Assembly (NCBI GenBank): GCA_040954595.2
Contig: CM082576.2
Location: forward strand, 19,205,028-19,269,027
DNA from: Balanoglossus misakiensis
Taxonomy: Eukaryota > Animalia > Hemichordata
DNA: 64,000 nt
Reading direction: 5' to 3'
The notes under the pieces were generated by a model. That model saw nothing but the letters and a program-made list of their open reading frames with translations, searched no databases and had not been told where the DNA came from. The translations under genes were made by a program, and so were the position numbers. Below are positions 12,260 through 23,287 of this stretch, one piece after another. Every line of letters begins with the position of its first letter. Position 1 is the first letter of the stretch.

Positions 12260-15200
12260 TACACTATGAGATAGGTGCCGTTAATCAGAATTTTTGGTAA
12301 GGAAGGTTTGAGAAGTCCATTCTATGTAAAAAATGGTGCTCATTCCAAAAAAGTCAGTCTTATTAACCCCACTCAAGACAAAATTGCCATTTTGGCCATT
12401 TTTAACCCCAAAATGGTCTTTTTTTAGAAAACACTAAAAACACATTGTTTTCGTCACATTCTGAGATCTGATAACATATGATATGCTTATTCTATGTAAA
12501 ATTTGGTGAATATTACGAAAAAAGTAGTTCGATTGACCCAAAACAACAGAAAATTGCCTTTTTGACCAATTTTTGCCCCAAAAACGTCATTTTTAGAAAA
12601 AAAATAAAACACACGGTTTTCTTCATAATGATTGATCTGGTGATATATGGAAAGTCAATTCTATGTTAAAAGTGGTGACTTTAAAAAATAAAGCAGTCTT
12701 TTTGACCTCAATCAATACAAAAATGCCATTTTTGGCCACTTTTTGTGGTCAAAAAAGGTCATTTTTACAAAAAAACTAAAAATAAATTGTGTTTATCATA
12801 TTCAGAGATCATTGGATATATGAAATGTCCATTCTATGTAAAAAATGGTGCTGATTCCAGAAATAGCAGTCTTATTGACCCTACTCAAGAAAAAATGCCA
12901 TTTTTGCCACTTTTTGCCCCAAAACGTCATTTTCAGAAAACACACAAAATTTATATATTTTCTTCACTTTCGGAGATCTGATAATGTATTATATGCCCAC
13001 CCTATGTAAAATCTGGTGATTATTCGAAAAAAGCAGATTTATTGACCCAACCTAATGCAAAAATGCCCTTTTGGAAAGTTTTTGCCCCAAAAGGCCATTT
13101 TTAGAAAAAAATTTAAAAACAAACTTTTCTTCATAAAGCTCAGAGATCATGTGATATATGAAATGTTCATCCTATGTAAAAAATGGTGCTGATTCCAGAA
13201 ATAGCAGTCTTATTGATCCTACTCAAGAAAAAATGCCATTTTGCCACTTTTTGCCCCCAAAACGTCATTTTCAGAAAACACTCAAAATTTATATATTTTC
13301 TTCACTTTCGGAGATCTGATAATGAATTATATGCCCACTGTATGTGAAAAATTTCCAAAAAAGCAGTTTTATTGATGCCACTCAAGATAAAAGTGCCTTT
13401 TTGGCAAGTTTTTGCTCAAAAAGTGTCATTTCTAGAAAATACGAAAATTATGCCATTTTCTTCCCATTGGTGATCAAATGATAAATAAAAGTACTAAAAA
13501 ACCCACTCTTACTGACCCCACTGAGGGAAAAAAATATCATTTTGGCCTCTTTGCTCAAAAAGGTAACTGTTAGAAAAAATAAATACAAACTTATTCCTTT
13601 ATATTCAGAGCCCTTGTGATGTATGTAAATTCGTTTTTTTTTGTGTGTGTGTGTGCAAAAAATATGCTGATACCAGCACAACGGTCTTATTGAGACACCC
13701 CGCTCAGTACAAAATTGCCATTTAGCCATCTTTTGGTCAACAATAGGCATTTTCAGAAAACAAATATAATTGATGTTTTTGCCTTTTGTGTTCTGATGTT
13801 GTATATGCATATTTAAAACGCCATAACCATATAATGTCAATTAAATTGATGATATTGAAAGACAGGGTTGCCACAATTTGGCAAATTTAGCCCAAAACTG
13901 AACTTAACAATAAGATGATCCATGTATACGCACTGTCTACTATAAGTCGATTATGCGTGGTGTGGAATATTTAGGTTCAGATATGCCAGCTCGGGAGAGA
14001 GTGTTGAAATTTATTCTCTTCAATCTGAATACAAAATCAGAAATTATATTATAATTTATATCATGATACCTCCGTCATACTGATTGGACAGGAGTGCAAC
14101 GATGCTAGAATACTCAATAGAGCACTGCTAAAACTGGCCCCTGAACTAGCACGCAGCAGGGAAAATGTGGGTTTAAACTAAATAAACATAAAACCCTTGA
14201 CGTTTTAATTTGGAACTGCTGTATGGGAATATTTGGGCAATGTGCAATGCCTTTCTTTTGTCATCTGTATCATGTTTAGAGCTTGGTCCCGGGCGGCGTG
14301 TTTACATTCATTGACGCGAGTTTTGTTCCATTCGTAACTTCTTTTCCTCTCGACGCTGTTTCATCATCATTATGAGTTCAACTTGGGCTAATTTTGCAAA
14401 AACTCCAAATACAAACATTTTTTCGGTACAAAATGGCTAAAATGATAATTTTTTCTTGAGTAGATCTATTTTTGGCTACAAATAGCAAAAAAGGCAATTT
14501 TGACAACCAGAGTGCCGTTTTTGGAATAGTCACCAAATTTTACACAGAATGGACTTTTCATACATGATCAGATCTCTGAATATGAAGAAAACAATTTGTC
14601 TTTAGTTTGTTTGTTTTTAATGAACATTTTTGACCAAAAAAGTGGCCGAAATTACAAATTTCAATTGAATAGGGTAAGTAAGACTTCCGTTTTTGGAACA
14701 GTAACCACGTTTCAATATAGAATGGGCTTTTATTTATAATAAGATCACCGAAAGTGAAGAAAAGAGAATGCTTATTAATATATTCTTAAAAATAACAATT
14801 TTGTGCAAAACTTAGCCAAAAAGGTGATTTCATCATGGTTGAGGTAATTAAGACTGCATTTCTGGAATCAACACCTATTTTACAATAAATGTACTTTTCA
14901 CACATCATAGAATCTCCAAATAAGAATCAAACAGTTTGTTTATAATGATTTTCGAAAAGTGGCTTTTTGGGCAAAAACTTGTCAAAAAAGCACTGTTTTC
15001 TTGAGTGGCGCTAGTAATTTTTTTTTGAATTTTTTCACATAGAGTGGGTACATAATACATCATCATCTCCGAAAGTGAAGAAAATATAAAAGTTTTGGGT
15101 GTTTTCTAGAAATGACACTTTTTGGGCAAAAACTTGCCAAAGGGCACTTTTATCTTGGGTGGCATCAATAAAACTGCTTTTTTGGAAATTTTTCACATAA

Positions 15201-16260
15201 AGTGGGCATATAATACATTATCAGATCTCCGAAAGTGAAGAAAATATATAAATTTTGAGTGTTTTCTGAAAATGACGTTTTTGGGGCAAAAAGTGGCAAA
15301 AATGGCATTTTTTCTTGAGTAGGATCAATAAGACTGCTATTTCTGGAATTAGCACCATTTTTTACATAGTTTGAACACTTCATATATCACATGATCTCTG
15401 AGCTTTATGAAGAAAAGTTTGTTTTTAATTTTTTTTTCTAAAAACGGCCTTTTTGGGTAATAACTTTCCAAAAGGGCATTTTTGCATTAGGTTGGGTCAA
15501 TAAATCTGCTTTTTTGGAATAATCACCAAGTTTTACATAGGATGGGCATATAAGTGAAGAAAATATATAAATTTTGAGTGTTTTCTAAAAATGACGTTTT
15601 GGGGCAAAAAGTGGCAAAAATGGCATGTTTTTTCTTGAGTAGGGTCAATAAGACTGCTATTTCTGAAATCAGCACCGTTTTTTACATAGAATGGACACTT
15701 CATATATCCAATGATCTCTGAATATGAAAAACACAATTTATTTTTAGTTTTTTTGTAAAAATGACCTTTTTTGACCTCAAAAAGTGGCCAAAAATGGCAT
15801 TTTTGTATTGATTGAGGTCAAAAAGACTGCTTTTTTTTTTAAAGTCACCACTTTTAACATAGAATTGACTTTCCATATATCACCAGATATACTATTATGA
15901 AGAAAACCGTGTTTTTTAATTTTTTTCTAAAAATGACGTTTTTTTGGCAAAAAATGGTCAAAAAGGCAATTTTCTGTTGTTTTGGGTCAATCGAACTATT
16001 TTTTTCGTAATATTCACCAAATTTTACATAGAATAGGCATATCATATGTCATCAGATCTTAGAATGTGACGAAAGTGTGTTTTTAGTGTTTTCTAAAAAA
16101 ACACCATTTTTGGGTGAAAAATGGCCAAAATGGCAATTTTGTCTTGAGTGGGGTCAATAAGACTGACATTTTTGGAATCAGCACCATTTTTTACATAGAA
16201 TGGACCTCTCAAACCTTCCTTACCAAAAATTCTGATTAACGGCATCTAGCTCCTGGACTA
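12260..16260. mobile_element. Academ-like non-autonomous foldback element (4.0 kb; arms built of roughly 170-bp tandem subrepeats)
   Basis: Left end TACACTATGAGATAGGTGCCGTTAATCAGAATTTTTGGTAAGGAAGGTTTGAGA versus right-end revcomp TAGTCCAGGAGCTAGATGCCGTTAATCAGAATTTTTGGTAAGGAAGGTTTGAGA. 3-bp TSD GGT at 12257-12259 and 16261-16263. Inverted arms exceed 1.1 kb; the CTATGT..AA..TGGTG motif recurs at about 12322, 12493, 12661, 12834, 13002 and 13172. No transposase ORF. Confidence 0.8.
14060..14372 (+). repeat. Interspersed repeat fragment inside the foldback spacer
   Basis: Homologous to 10493-10805. Confidence 0.65.
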
Positions 16261-16446
16261 GGTCCCCTGCCCCATTCCCACTGCCATCGGCGCTACGCTC
16301 AAGGGCGCAGCCAGCGGTGGGAATGGGGCAGGGAACAGACTACTTCACTTGTGGAATAAAGTGCTCATTTCTTGTGTATCTGCATTTTGTCGATGTTATC
16401 GCTCCTCTGGCAGAGAAGCCAGGGTGCTAGCTGTTGGCTTTAATAA

Positions 16447-16701
16447 GGGACTGTTCAGAATTTACTTCCAGGGGGCGGAGAATTTTCAGAGGGGGGGGGG
16501 GGACCACCCATTTTCTCCAAGACAAATTAGGGGAGACTAGACATAAAAGTCACAATAGGGGGACCATGGAAAATCCCCAGGAAATTTAAGGGGGGACCAC
16601 ATATTTCCTCCACAATTTACTAGGGGAGACCATGGGAAAAAATCACCAGGAAAATAAAAAATCCTCCATCCCCAACTTGGAAGTAAATTCTGAACAGTCC
16701 T
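16447..16701. mobile_element. PIF/Harbinger-type MITE (255 bp)
   Basis: TIR GGGACTGTTCAGAATTTACTTCCA versus revcomp AGGACTGTTCAGAATTTACTTCCA. Flanked by TAA and TCA (imperfect 3-bp TSD). Confidence 0.75.
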
Positions 16702-18255
16702 TCATGGTTGTTTGTTTGTTTGTTTGCCTGTTTGTTTATTCGTATCTTTGTTTGTTTGTGTATTCTATCTCATTTAATATGATGCTTCTGTCACATTTGG
16801 CATTTACTGTCGCATAAACAATGACCGAACCGACTCGACTGCGTTTGGATGCACGATGGACTTAAGAGTGAATCCATCGGTGTTTACCGGCCAAAACAAA
16901 ACCGTTTGATTTCTTTAACACTGTTGCAACAAGTGAGACCCTAGTACATATAGTATATAAATCAGAAGTCCGGTGCATGTTTGCCAGTGACACCTACCAC
17001 AAAATGGTATCGCCCAAATAATGTTGGGCGCGCCCGTGAAAGTTATAAGCCCGGCGCTTTTTCCTCATGATTAATAAAACAGTTAACACAACATTGGAAA
17101 TTCAGCCAATTTGTCCCTGTTTTGTAGAAATAGTGCGAGCTATACATGGCGAAAAGTTTTTCAAAAAATAGATCAAAATGGGAATTCAAATTAGTGAATA
17201 TTATTGGCACTTACAGAGTTTTAATTCAAAATAGAGGATTCATTCCAATGAATATGCAAGTCAAGAAGTCACATAGAGATCATGAAAATGACCTATTGAT
17301 CATGTCATGATGATTATGTACAAGAGAGAAGTAAAAAACTGGTTATTGCTTGAATTTCATGTTTCTTTTTAATCAGATGTAGTCAACAGTCTTTCAACAA
17401 GTCTATAACATGATTTTGAAATGATTTTCAAAAGTACACAATTCCATATGAAAATGTTACTTTAAGATTTGTAAATTTTTCTGTATATTTGAGTTCACGT
17501 GCATAGGCTGACTCAAACATTCTTTGCATCAACATTTACCGTCCTTTCAAAAATCTTGCCTGTAGTCCAGGTTTTACATTTGCACTTAATAGCATTATAA
17601 CACCATCATGTCATCCACATGTTACCCTCACAGCCAGTCACTGTGTGTATATTGTGATTCATGAAGTACATGTAGTGCTACATATTTTTGTGGAGATGAG
17701 ACACACACACACATAGCAACCGATAGACAGACTGCTTGATAATATGCTCTGACTGATCCCTAAAGCTGAAACTTGTATGTGTTTGTACATACAACACAAA
17801 GGAACTAAAAATAGGGCATTCACATAGGGACCATTGAAAGTTTTCTGAAACATCTCAACTCAAACATTGACATAAAAAATACTTTGTGAACAATTAAAGT
17901 CTTCCTGGAACGTTTCAGATTTGAGACGGTTTTGCCAGCCAGACCTGATCCGGTGTAATGATTAACACCTCTTCGCAACCCATTGTCTATGGGGCCGAGC
18001 CTCGCAGTGCCTATACATAAACTTTGTGTGTGTGGACACAAACGACTCAAAGGATTAATGCTCTGTGTTTACCATAGGCAAATAGTGTCTCAAATTTTTC
18101 CCTGCCTGAACCTGGTATCTGAAATGTTTCTCATTTTACCCAGTGTAAACATGGTGAAAGACAAAATGTCCTATACCTGTATAACATAGATCATAAATTT
18201 ATAATACCAGGGTTTACTTGGTCTGATTGAAGTTCTGTAATTGGTTGAAGCAAGG

Positions 18256-18660
18256 GTTTTTATTACATATGTACCGTCGATTACTTGCACCGAGCGCGCG
18301 CGTAACATCGGTATTTGCACTCAGTGCAATACCAAAAACATTATGCTATACCTGTATGCAAATGAGTGGCCTGTTCACGAAACAAGCAATATCATTCCGC
18401 GGTCTCATTTCTTTCATTTTCGGTCTTTTTTTCAAAATGGGATGAACATATGTAATAAAAACAGAACCCCATGGCTCAATCGTGCAAGCACGGCGTACCG
18501 GTAGTATTTGCACTCGTGCTGGCGGTGTATTCTTGCTGCCCCCCGCACGAGCGACAGCGAGTGCGGGGGACGGGCGCAAGAATACACCGCCAGACACTCG
18601 ATGCAAATACTACCGTTACGCCGTGCTTGCACGATCGAGCCATGGGGTTCTGTCATAACA
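18256..18660. mobile_element. Palindromic non-autonomous element (possibly Crypton-like)
   Basis: Perfect 17-bp inverted repeat GTTTTTATTACATATGT (18256-18272) / ACATATGTAATAAAAAC (18446-18462), followed by a GC-rich hairpin of about 190 bp (ACAGAACCCCATGGCTC...GAGCCATGGGGTTCTGT, 18461-18653). No TSD found. Confidence 0.55.
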
Positions 18661-19363
18661 TTCTCTACTAGAAGACCTGAACAGTAAATAACTGAAATAA
18701 AATACACAAAAGAGAATGCATCTGAATAGAACACAATTTATTAACTTGGATTGGTCATGGGCATCAGGGCGCTCTACTTAAGAAATTCTAGAACATGTTT
18801 GTACAAGTGGCATTTTCATGAGCAGTGAGCAGCGAGGCCTTTCTGGCATGTAATACTTAAAATCCAAACATCAGATTTTTTATCACACAAAATCATATTA
18901 TATACAATGACATTATAAATGGTGTGCGCTTATATTTGGTTACGGATTTAAAACCTCTTTGAGGAAAATTTTGCAGAGAGGTCTTGTATCTACAACCAAA
19001 TAACCACTATGTTCATATCATTCAGATTGCTCAGTACTATCAGCGAGTTCACCAGTGGTTTCCAGAAATCTATAGGCTAAACATATGCCATTTTCATTGT
19101 GCCTCCCCCCATCTATTTCAATACAATAAATAATGGCTGGCTTGATTTTTCACCAGGACTTTTCAACAATAGTTTTTGTTAAGATATAGACAACATTCCA
19201 GATGTGTATGAAAACTCGAGGAAAATAATAACATTTGACCTGTCATCAGTTGTGAATTAATTAAATATTTTCATAAACAACACATTATAATCAAATTTAA
19301 ACTCGTATGTAATGAATAATCGTCTCAACATAAGAGCTGCTAAGGCTAGACTCAACAGCACTA

Positions 19364-19852
19364 TCAACACGAAAGAATTACTATTTTCTTGCTGACGTAT
19401 CTGGCGATTATTCTGATTTGATAGTGTGTCGTTTCTTCTTCTGGGTTGCTCATACCCTTGCTGGCTGACATTTCTTTGTCGTATGTTTGTCTCTGTGGTA
19501 GCATTGTCATTGGCATTTCTCTGGGGGTGTTTTCTGTGTTGGCAGTTGCAGGTTCTGGTGCTAGGGGAGTGTTGACATCTGCCTGGGGTGTTGCATCGGC
19601 TGGCGGTTGAACGGTGTTGTCGTTGTTCGATGCCGCATCTCTGTGTCGTGGCGGCTGTCCGGCTCCTGCAAACGCAGCGTACTGAGACACGAATGGGTTC
19701 GGGTATGACATCTGCTGGAAGTGTTGCTGGTATGCTGCGGCTGGATAGGGTGGGGGTTGTTGGTTCGCAGAAGCTACAGGCTGGGGTGTGTTTGTGCTTG
19801 TGCTTGTTGTGGCAGTATCAGCAGAGGTTGCTATGCTTTTCTTTGTCTCTTC
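19364..19852 (-). CDS. Probable terminal coding exon encoding a T/P/A/Q-rich low-complexity segment (162 codons plus stop); gene unknown, possibly a transposon accessory gene or captured fragment
   Basis: Strong acceptor TGTTCTTTTTATCCTCCACAG at 19853. The frame is open from there: EETKKSIATSADTATTSTSTNTPQPVASANQQPPPYPAAAYQQHFQQMSYPNPF... to the stop at 19364. GC content is higher than the flanks. Upstream exons not identified. Confidence 0.5.
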   Translation of the reverse strand, partial: EETKKSIATSADTATTSTSTNTPQPVASANQQPPPYPAAAYQQHFQQMSYPNPFVSQYAAFAGAGQPPRHRDAASNNDNTVQPPADATPQADVNTPLAPEPATANTENTPREMPMTMLPQRQTYDKEMSASKGMSNPEEETTHYQIRIIARYVSKKIVILSC

Positions 19853-20249
19853 CTGTGGAGGATAAAAAGAACACAGTGTTTTTGCAAAGGTCGGGGAACA
19901 CTGGTAATGGATTTGGGAACCCCGTTAATATTCCTATAACCTCCTAATATAACCACATTGATACACCCAGGGGAACCCCGGTAAAATGACTGGGGAACTC
20001 TGGTAGACTGCCTGACCACTGTGACATTGGCCTTGTTCTGTTGTTTTAATTCGGAGTGACTGGGGTACTCCGGTAGATTTTATCTAGGTACCGCCCTTAA
20101 CAAAAACACTAGAACAGAATCACAATTTGGAAGGCATGAGAGGCAAATACCATTTAAGGATGTACACGCACAACATAAACTGATAAACAGTGCATGTGTG
20201 TCTGTTCCTGAAAGGATTACATCGATAATTGCCAGAAAACAAACTTCTA

Positions 20250-20410
20250 CTATTGTCTTTTTCACGAAATTTTACACATAGCTCAGACAAGTAAACGTAA
20301 ATTCATTGGTCAAAAAAAATTATGTGGTCACCAAGCTCTATTATGAGATAAATTGCGTTAAAATCTTCGCCCATAGACAAACCATTGGTGAAAAATGCTG
20401 AGACAGCAAA
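20250..20410 (-). repeat. Interspersed repeat fragment (inverse of about 30000-30155 and 40675-40830)
   Basis: CCATAGACAAACCATTGGT and TTTTACACATAGCTC match the revcomp of ACCAATGGTTTGTCTATGG and GAGCTATGTGTAAAA at about 30023-30118. Confidence 0.65.
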
Positions 20411-22188
20411 TTTCTTCTATTATCAACTAAATTCATGGCTCTGTATTTTTTTAAAAAAGGGCAATGACCCCTACAATTTTTAACGGATTCTCATTATACA
20501 TACACAGCATAATCCAAAAATCCACAATTAAAAGAATGACAATACTTTCAACGTGTATAATACCAGCATACACCTGTTTCAAGTCCAGTGTCCTAATACA
20601 CCATCATCATGAATTGGAACTCAAAGCAAGGCCAATGAGCAAACCCAGATTGACAACTCATTACACCAGCAAAGTGGTTTCTTTATGGAAGTGGTGGTAC
20701 CAATAAATACTTTATTCAAGGTAAGAATTTCTTATTGTAGCAGTATTTTCATTTCCATTCATGTTTTAAAGGCCTTTTTTGTAGATTCTGAGTTTCTATG
20801 CCAGACAAAGTATGATTATTTTTCCACTAATGCAGCCTGAATTAAAGTCAACATTTTTCACCATAGGTCTTTCTATGTTATTTTTCTATAGGCATGGACA
20901 CATTTAAGTTTATCTCAAAACTGAGCACAGTGGTGAGCCTACAACTTATATGAATCACTCAATTTAATTTCATTTGGATGAGTTATGAGTGAAACTTCTT
21001 AAAATTACAATAGTAGAAAAGGGTTTTCTATCAATTCTTAATGTTATCCTATGGGAAGAAACACATTCCATGAGCTCATACATGTAGTGTGTGCCATTCT
21101 TAACCCTTTCAGTATTATATGAATCAGATATAGAAGCTTGTTCAACGTCCCGTTGCGGCCAAGCCAATCAGATTGCACGTTATGTCAATCAAAACTGAAG
21201 GATACCTAAAGTTCTCTATAAGGCACCGTCTGATTGGTTTACTAGAGTTTTCAACGGGAGCTTCTATGGGAGTTGGTCAGATGAAGTGTGAGGCGACAGT
21301 ATAAGAATACCGTACTGCGAAGTAAAAGACGTCGCCGTACCCTACATCTGATTTTAATCAGATTGTATGCACACATAAGCTGGTTTAGAATACTGATAAA
21401 CCCTGATGAAACAATCTCAGTAAAATATATACAGATGAGAATGAGAATGCAGTTAAAGTTAAATATACATTCGTTGTATCTTTTGGCTTTATTTCCAGTA
21501 TTTTTGTTCTATGTAGCAAATGCGATTTCATGTTCTACTCCACACAGATTGTTACTTGTCAGCACAGAATGTATGTGTATAATGGCCATTGTCATTGTTG
21601 ACAATAATTCATGGATTCTAGTCTGGACTTAAATTCCAATTTGGCACAATAACAATGCTGACCATACAGATATATGTTTCATCATGTTTCGGGAATTTGC
21701 ACAAGAAACTGCTAAACAAAGATACTGAAAACATAGGAAAAAGGTAAAGGTAATGGAGCTTTAATTACAATTCACACTGTATACAAAATCCATGTAAAAA
21801 TTCAAAATACTGGATTTGTCAGCTTCAACTGATATGGGGGTCACACAAGAAATTGCTAAAACGTCTCAGATCAAATACTGGCATAAATTATTATTGGTGA
21901 ATGGTTTAAGTGGTCCTGAATCTTCTCAGATTTGAGACACGTCTCTTACCAGGTTCACACAGGGTAAAATTTGAGACACTATTAGTATATGGTAAACACA
22001 GAGCGTTAATACTTTGGGGGGGGGGGGTTAGCTGGGCAGACCCGCCCTCCTTTATTTTTTGCCACCCTGCTATCTTACGCGCCGCCCTGCTTTCTTTTCA
22101 TTCCCGCCTTGGTAAATATTTATTGTTTCTGGTGCACGCTCCCGCATGCGGCTGGCATTTGAGAGAATGATATTTATTCAGTTTAGGG

Positions 22189-23287
22189 ATGTTTTGTCGC
22201 CTTTGTACAAAACACAAGCAGAAGGCCAAGTGCGGAGGGACTTGGGTTACAACATCTCCATGTACATGTACCACCCTTCGCGAAGACAAACTCAAGCAGC
22301 ATGAAGAGACGATTATCGACCGGGCGGCAATGCAGCTTGACGCCGAGGCAGCAGTTATCGAGAACAGCAGCGGTCTTGTGGCTGCATTTGACAAGGTCAT
22401 CACCTTTGAGACGCAAGCCTTCATGCATCGGCGTCCTACGATGCATGTATTTTCTCATGCACAGAGAATTGCCGCACACCACCAACTTCATCCATGTTTT
22501 GGAATTGGCAAAGTCCCTCGGGTGTTCATTCCTTGGTACTCTCAGCAGTGATGACCACAACTATAATGGTTTATTGCATTGGTAAGTAGGTCTACTGATT
22601 TTTGTGCAGATCTAAATTGTAGGCAATGTAGTAACATTTATTTAAACCTGGTTGTTTTCAAGAAAGGATCACTGTTTAAGCAATAGTGTTACACTCAATA
22701 AATAATAATTACTGTACAAATTACTGTGAATTTTGATAAGTTTAATCTGAAGAGTAATTTTCATTTATTTCATTTTTCAGGCAAAGTCATCCGTGATGAG
22801 ATTTTAGAGAAGATGAAAGGAAGTAACTTCTATTCACTGTTAATAGATGAAAACAACTGATGTGGCTGTATTGAAGCAATTAATCATCTATTCCAAGTAC
22901 ACCTCTGCTGTGGATGCTCACTTGAAGTCAGTTGTGTCTTTCCTTGGAGTTAAAGAAGTAAGTGGAAAGTTTTTCAATTTTTAAGTCTACACTGAATTAA
23001 AAACATACGATTAAACATGTTTTTGAGTGACCTCATTTAATTGATTTTGCTGACTAGTTATTTCAGGTGAGACAAACATTGAGTTGTACATTGCATGTGT
23101 TAACATCAAGGTTTTATTTTCACTGTTTTAGGTTGGTGATGGCAGAGCAGACACCATTGCACAGTCAGTGAAAGAGTTTTCTTCAGAGAATGGTATTGTC
23201 TTAAGAGATCGTCTGTCTGCTTTGGGCAGTGATGGTGCTCCTGTTATGCTAGGACAGAAAGGAGGGGTGGCTACCAAACTAAAAGAA
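22189..23287 (+). pseudogene. Intron-containing hAT transposase pseudogene (ZNF862-like)
   Basis: Exon at about 22189-22581 has a TTF-type Zn finger (MFCRLCTKH...W...C...LREDKLKQHE) and MYFLMHRELPHTTNF. Exon 22781-22957 reads KVIRDEILEKMKGSNFYSLLIDE/TTDVAVLKQLIIY (first catalytic Asp region). Exon 23132-23287 reads VGDGRADTI...ALGSDGAPVMLGQKGGVATKLKE (second Asp). GT-AG introns; several frameshifts; C-terminal exons absent from the window. Confidence 0.85.

Larger units (their letters stand above)
12251..16342. mobile_element. AcademH-like MITE (about 88 bp when reconstructed), split by a 4-kb insertion
   Basis: Termini TAGTCTG / CAGACTA. 9-bp TSD CTTCACTTG at 12242-12250 and 16343-16351. 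Removing 12260-16263 restores the TIR TAGTCTGGTCCCCTGCCCCATTCCCAC, matching revcomp TAGTCTGTTCCCTGCCCCATTCCCAC. Confidence 0.8.
18059..22005. mobile_element. TTAA-flanked 3.9-kb non-autonomous element (piggyBac-like termini)
   Basis: Imperfect TIR of about 58 bp, (T/C)GCTCTGTGTTTACCATA....AATAGTGTCTCAAATTTT.CCCTG..TGAACCTGGTA, at both ends. TTAA at 18055-18058 and 22006-22009. No transposase recognised inside. Confidence 0.6.

Noticed and set aside
12478-16045. K/F-rich ORFs mirrored on both strands
   Set aside because: Translations of the 170-bp subrepeats in the inverted arms; no domain motifs.
12268-16252. GAG...CTC termini suggesting Sola3 or Mutator
   Set aside because: No TTAA or 9-bp TSD at these positions. 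Extending 8 bp outward gives TA ends with a GGT duplication and restores the host MITE.
17962-18058. Possible second piggyBac-like end (ACTCAAAGGA-TTAA) sharing the TTAA at 18055
   Set aside because: No convincing matching left TIR.
21130-21268. Small degenerate palindrome (ATAGAAGCT...AGCTTCTAT with CCAATCAGA/TCTGATTGG)
   Set aside because: Probably an old MITE relic, but no TSD is visible and it is too degenerate to classify.
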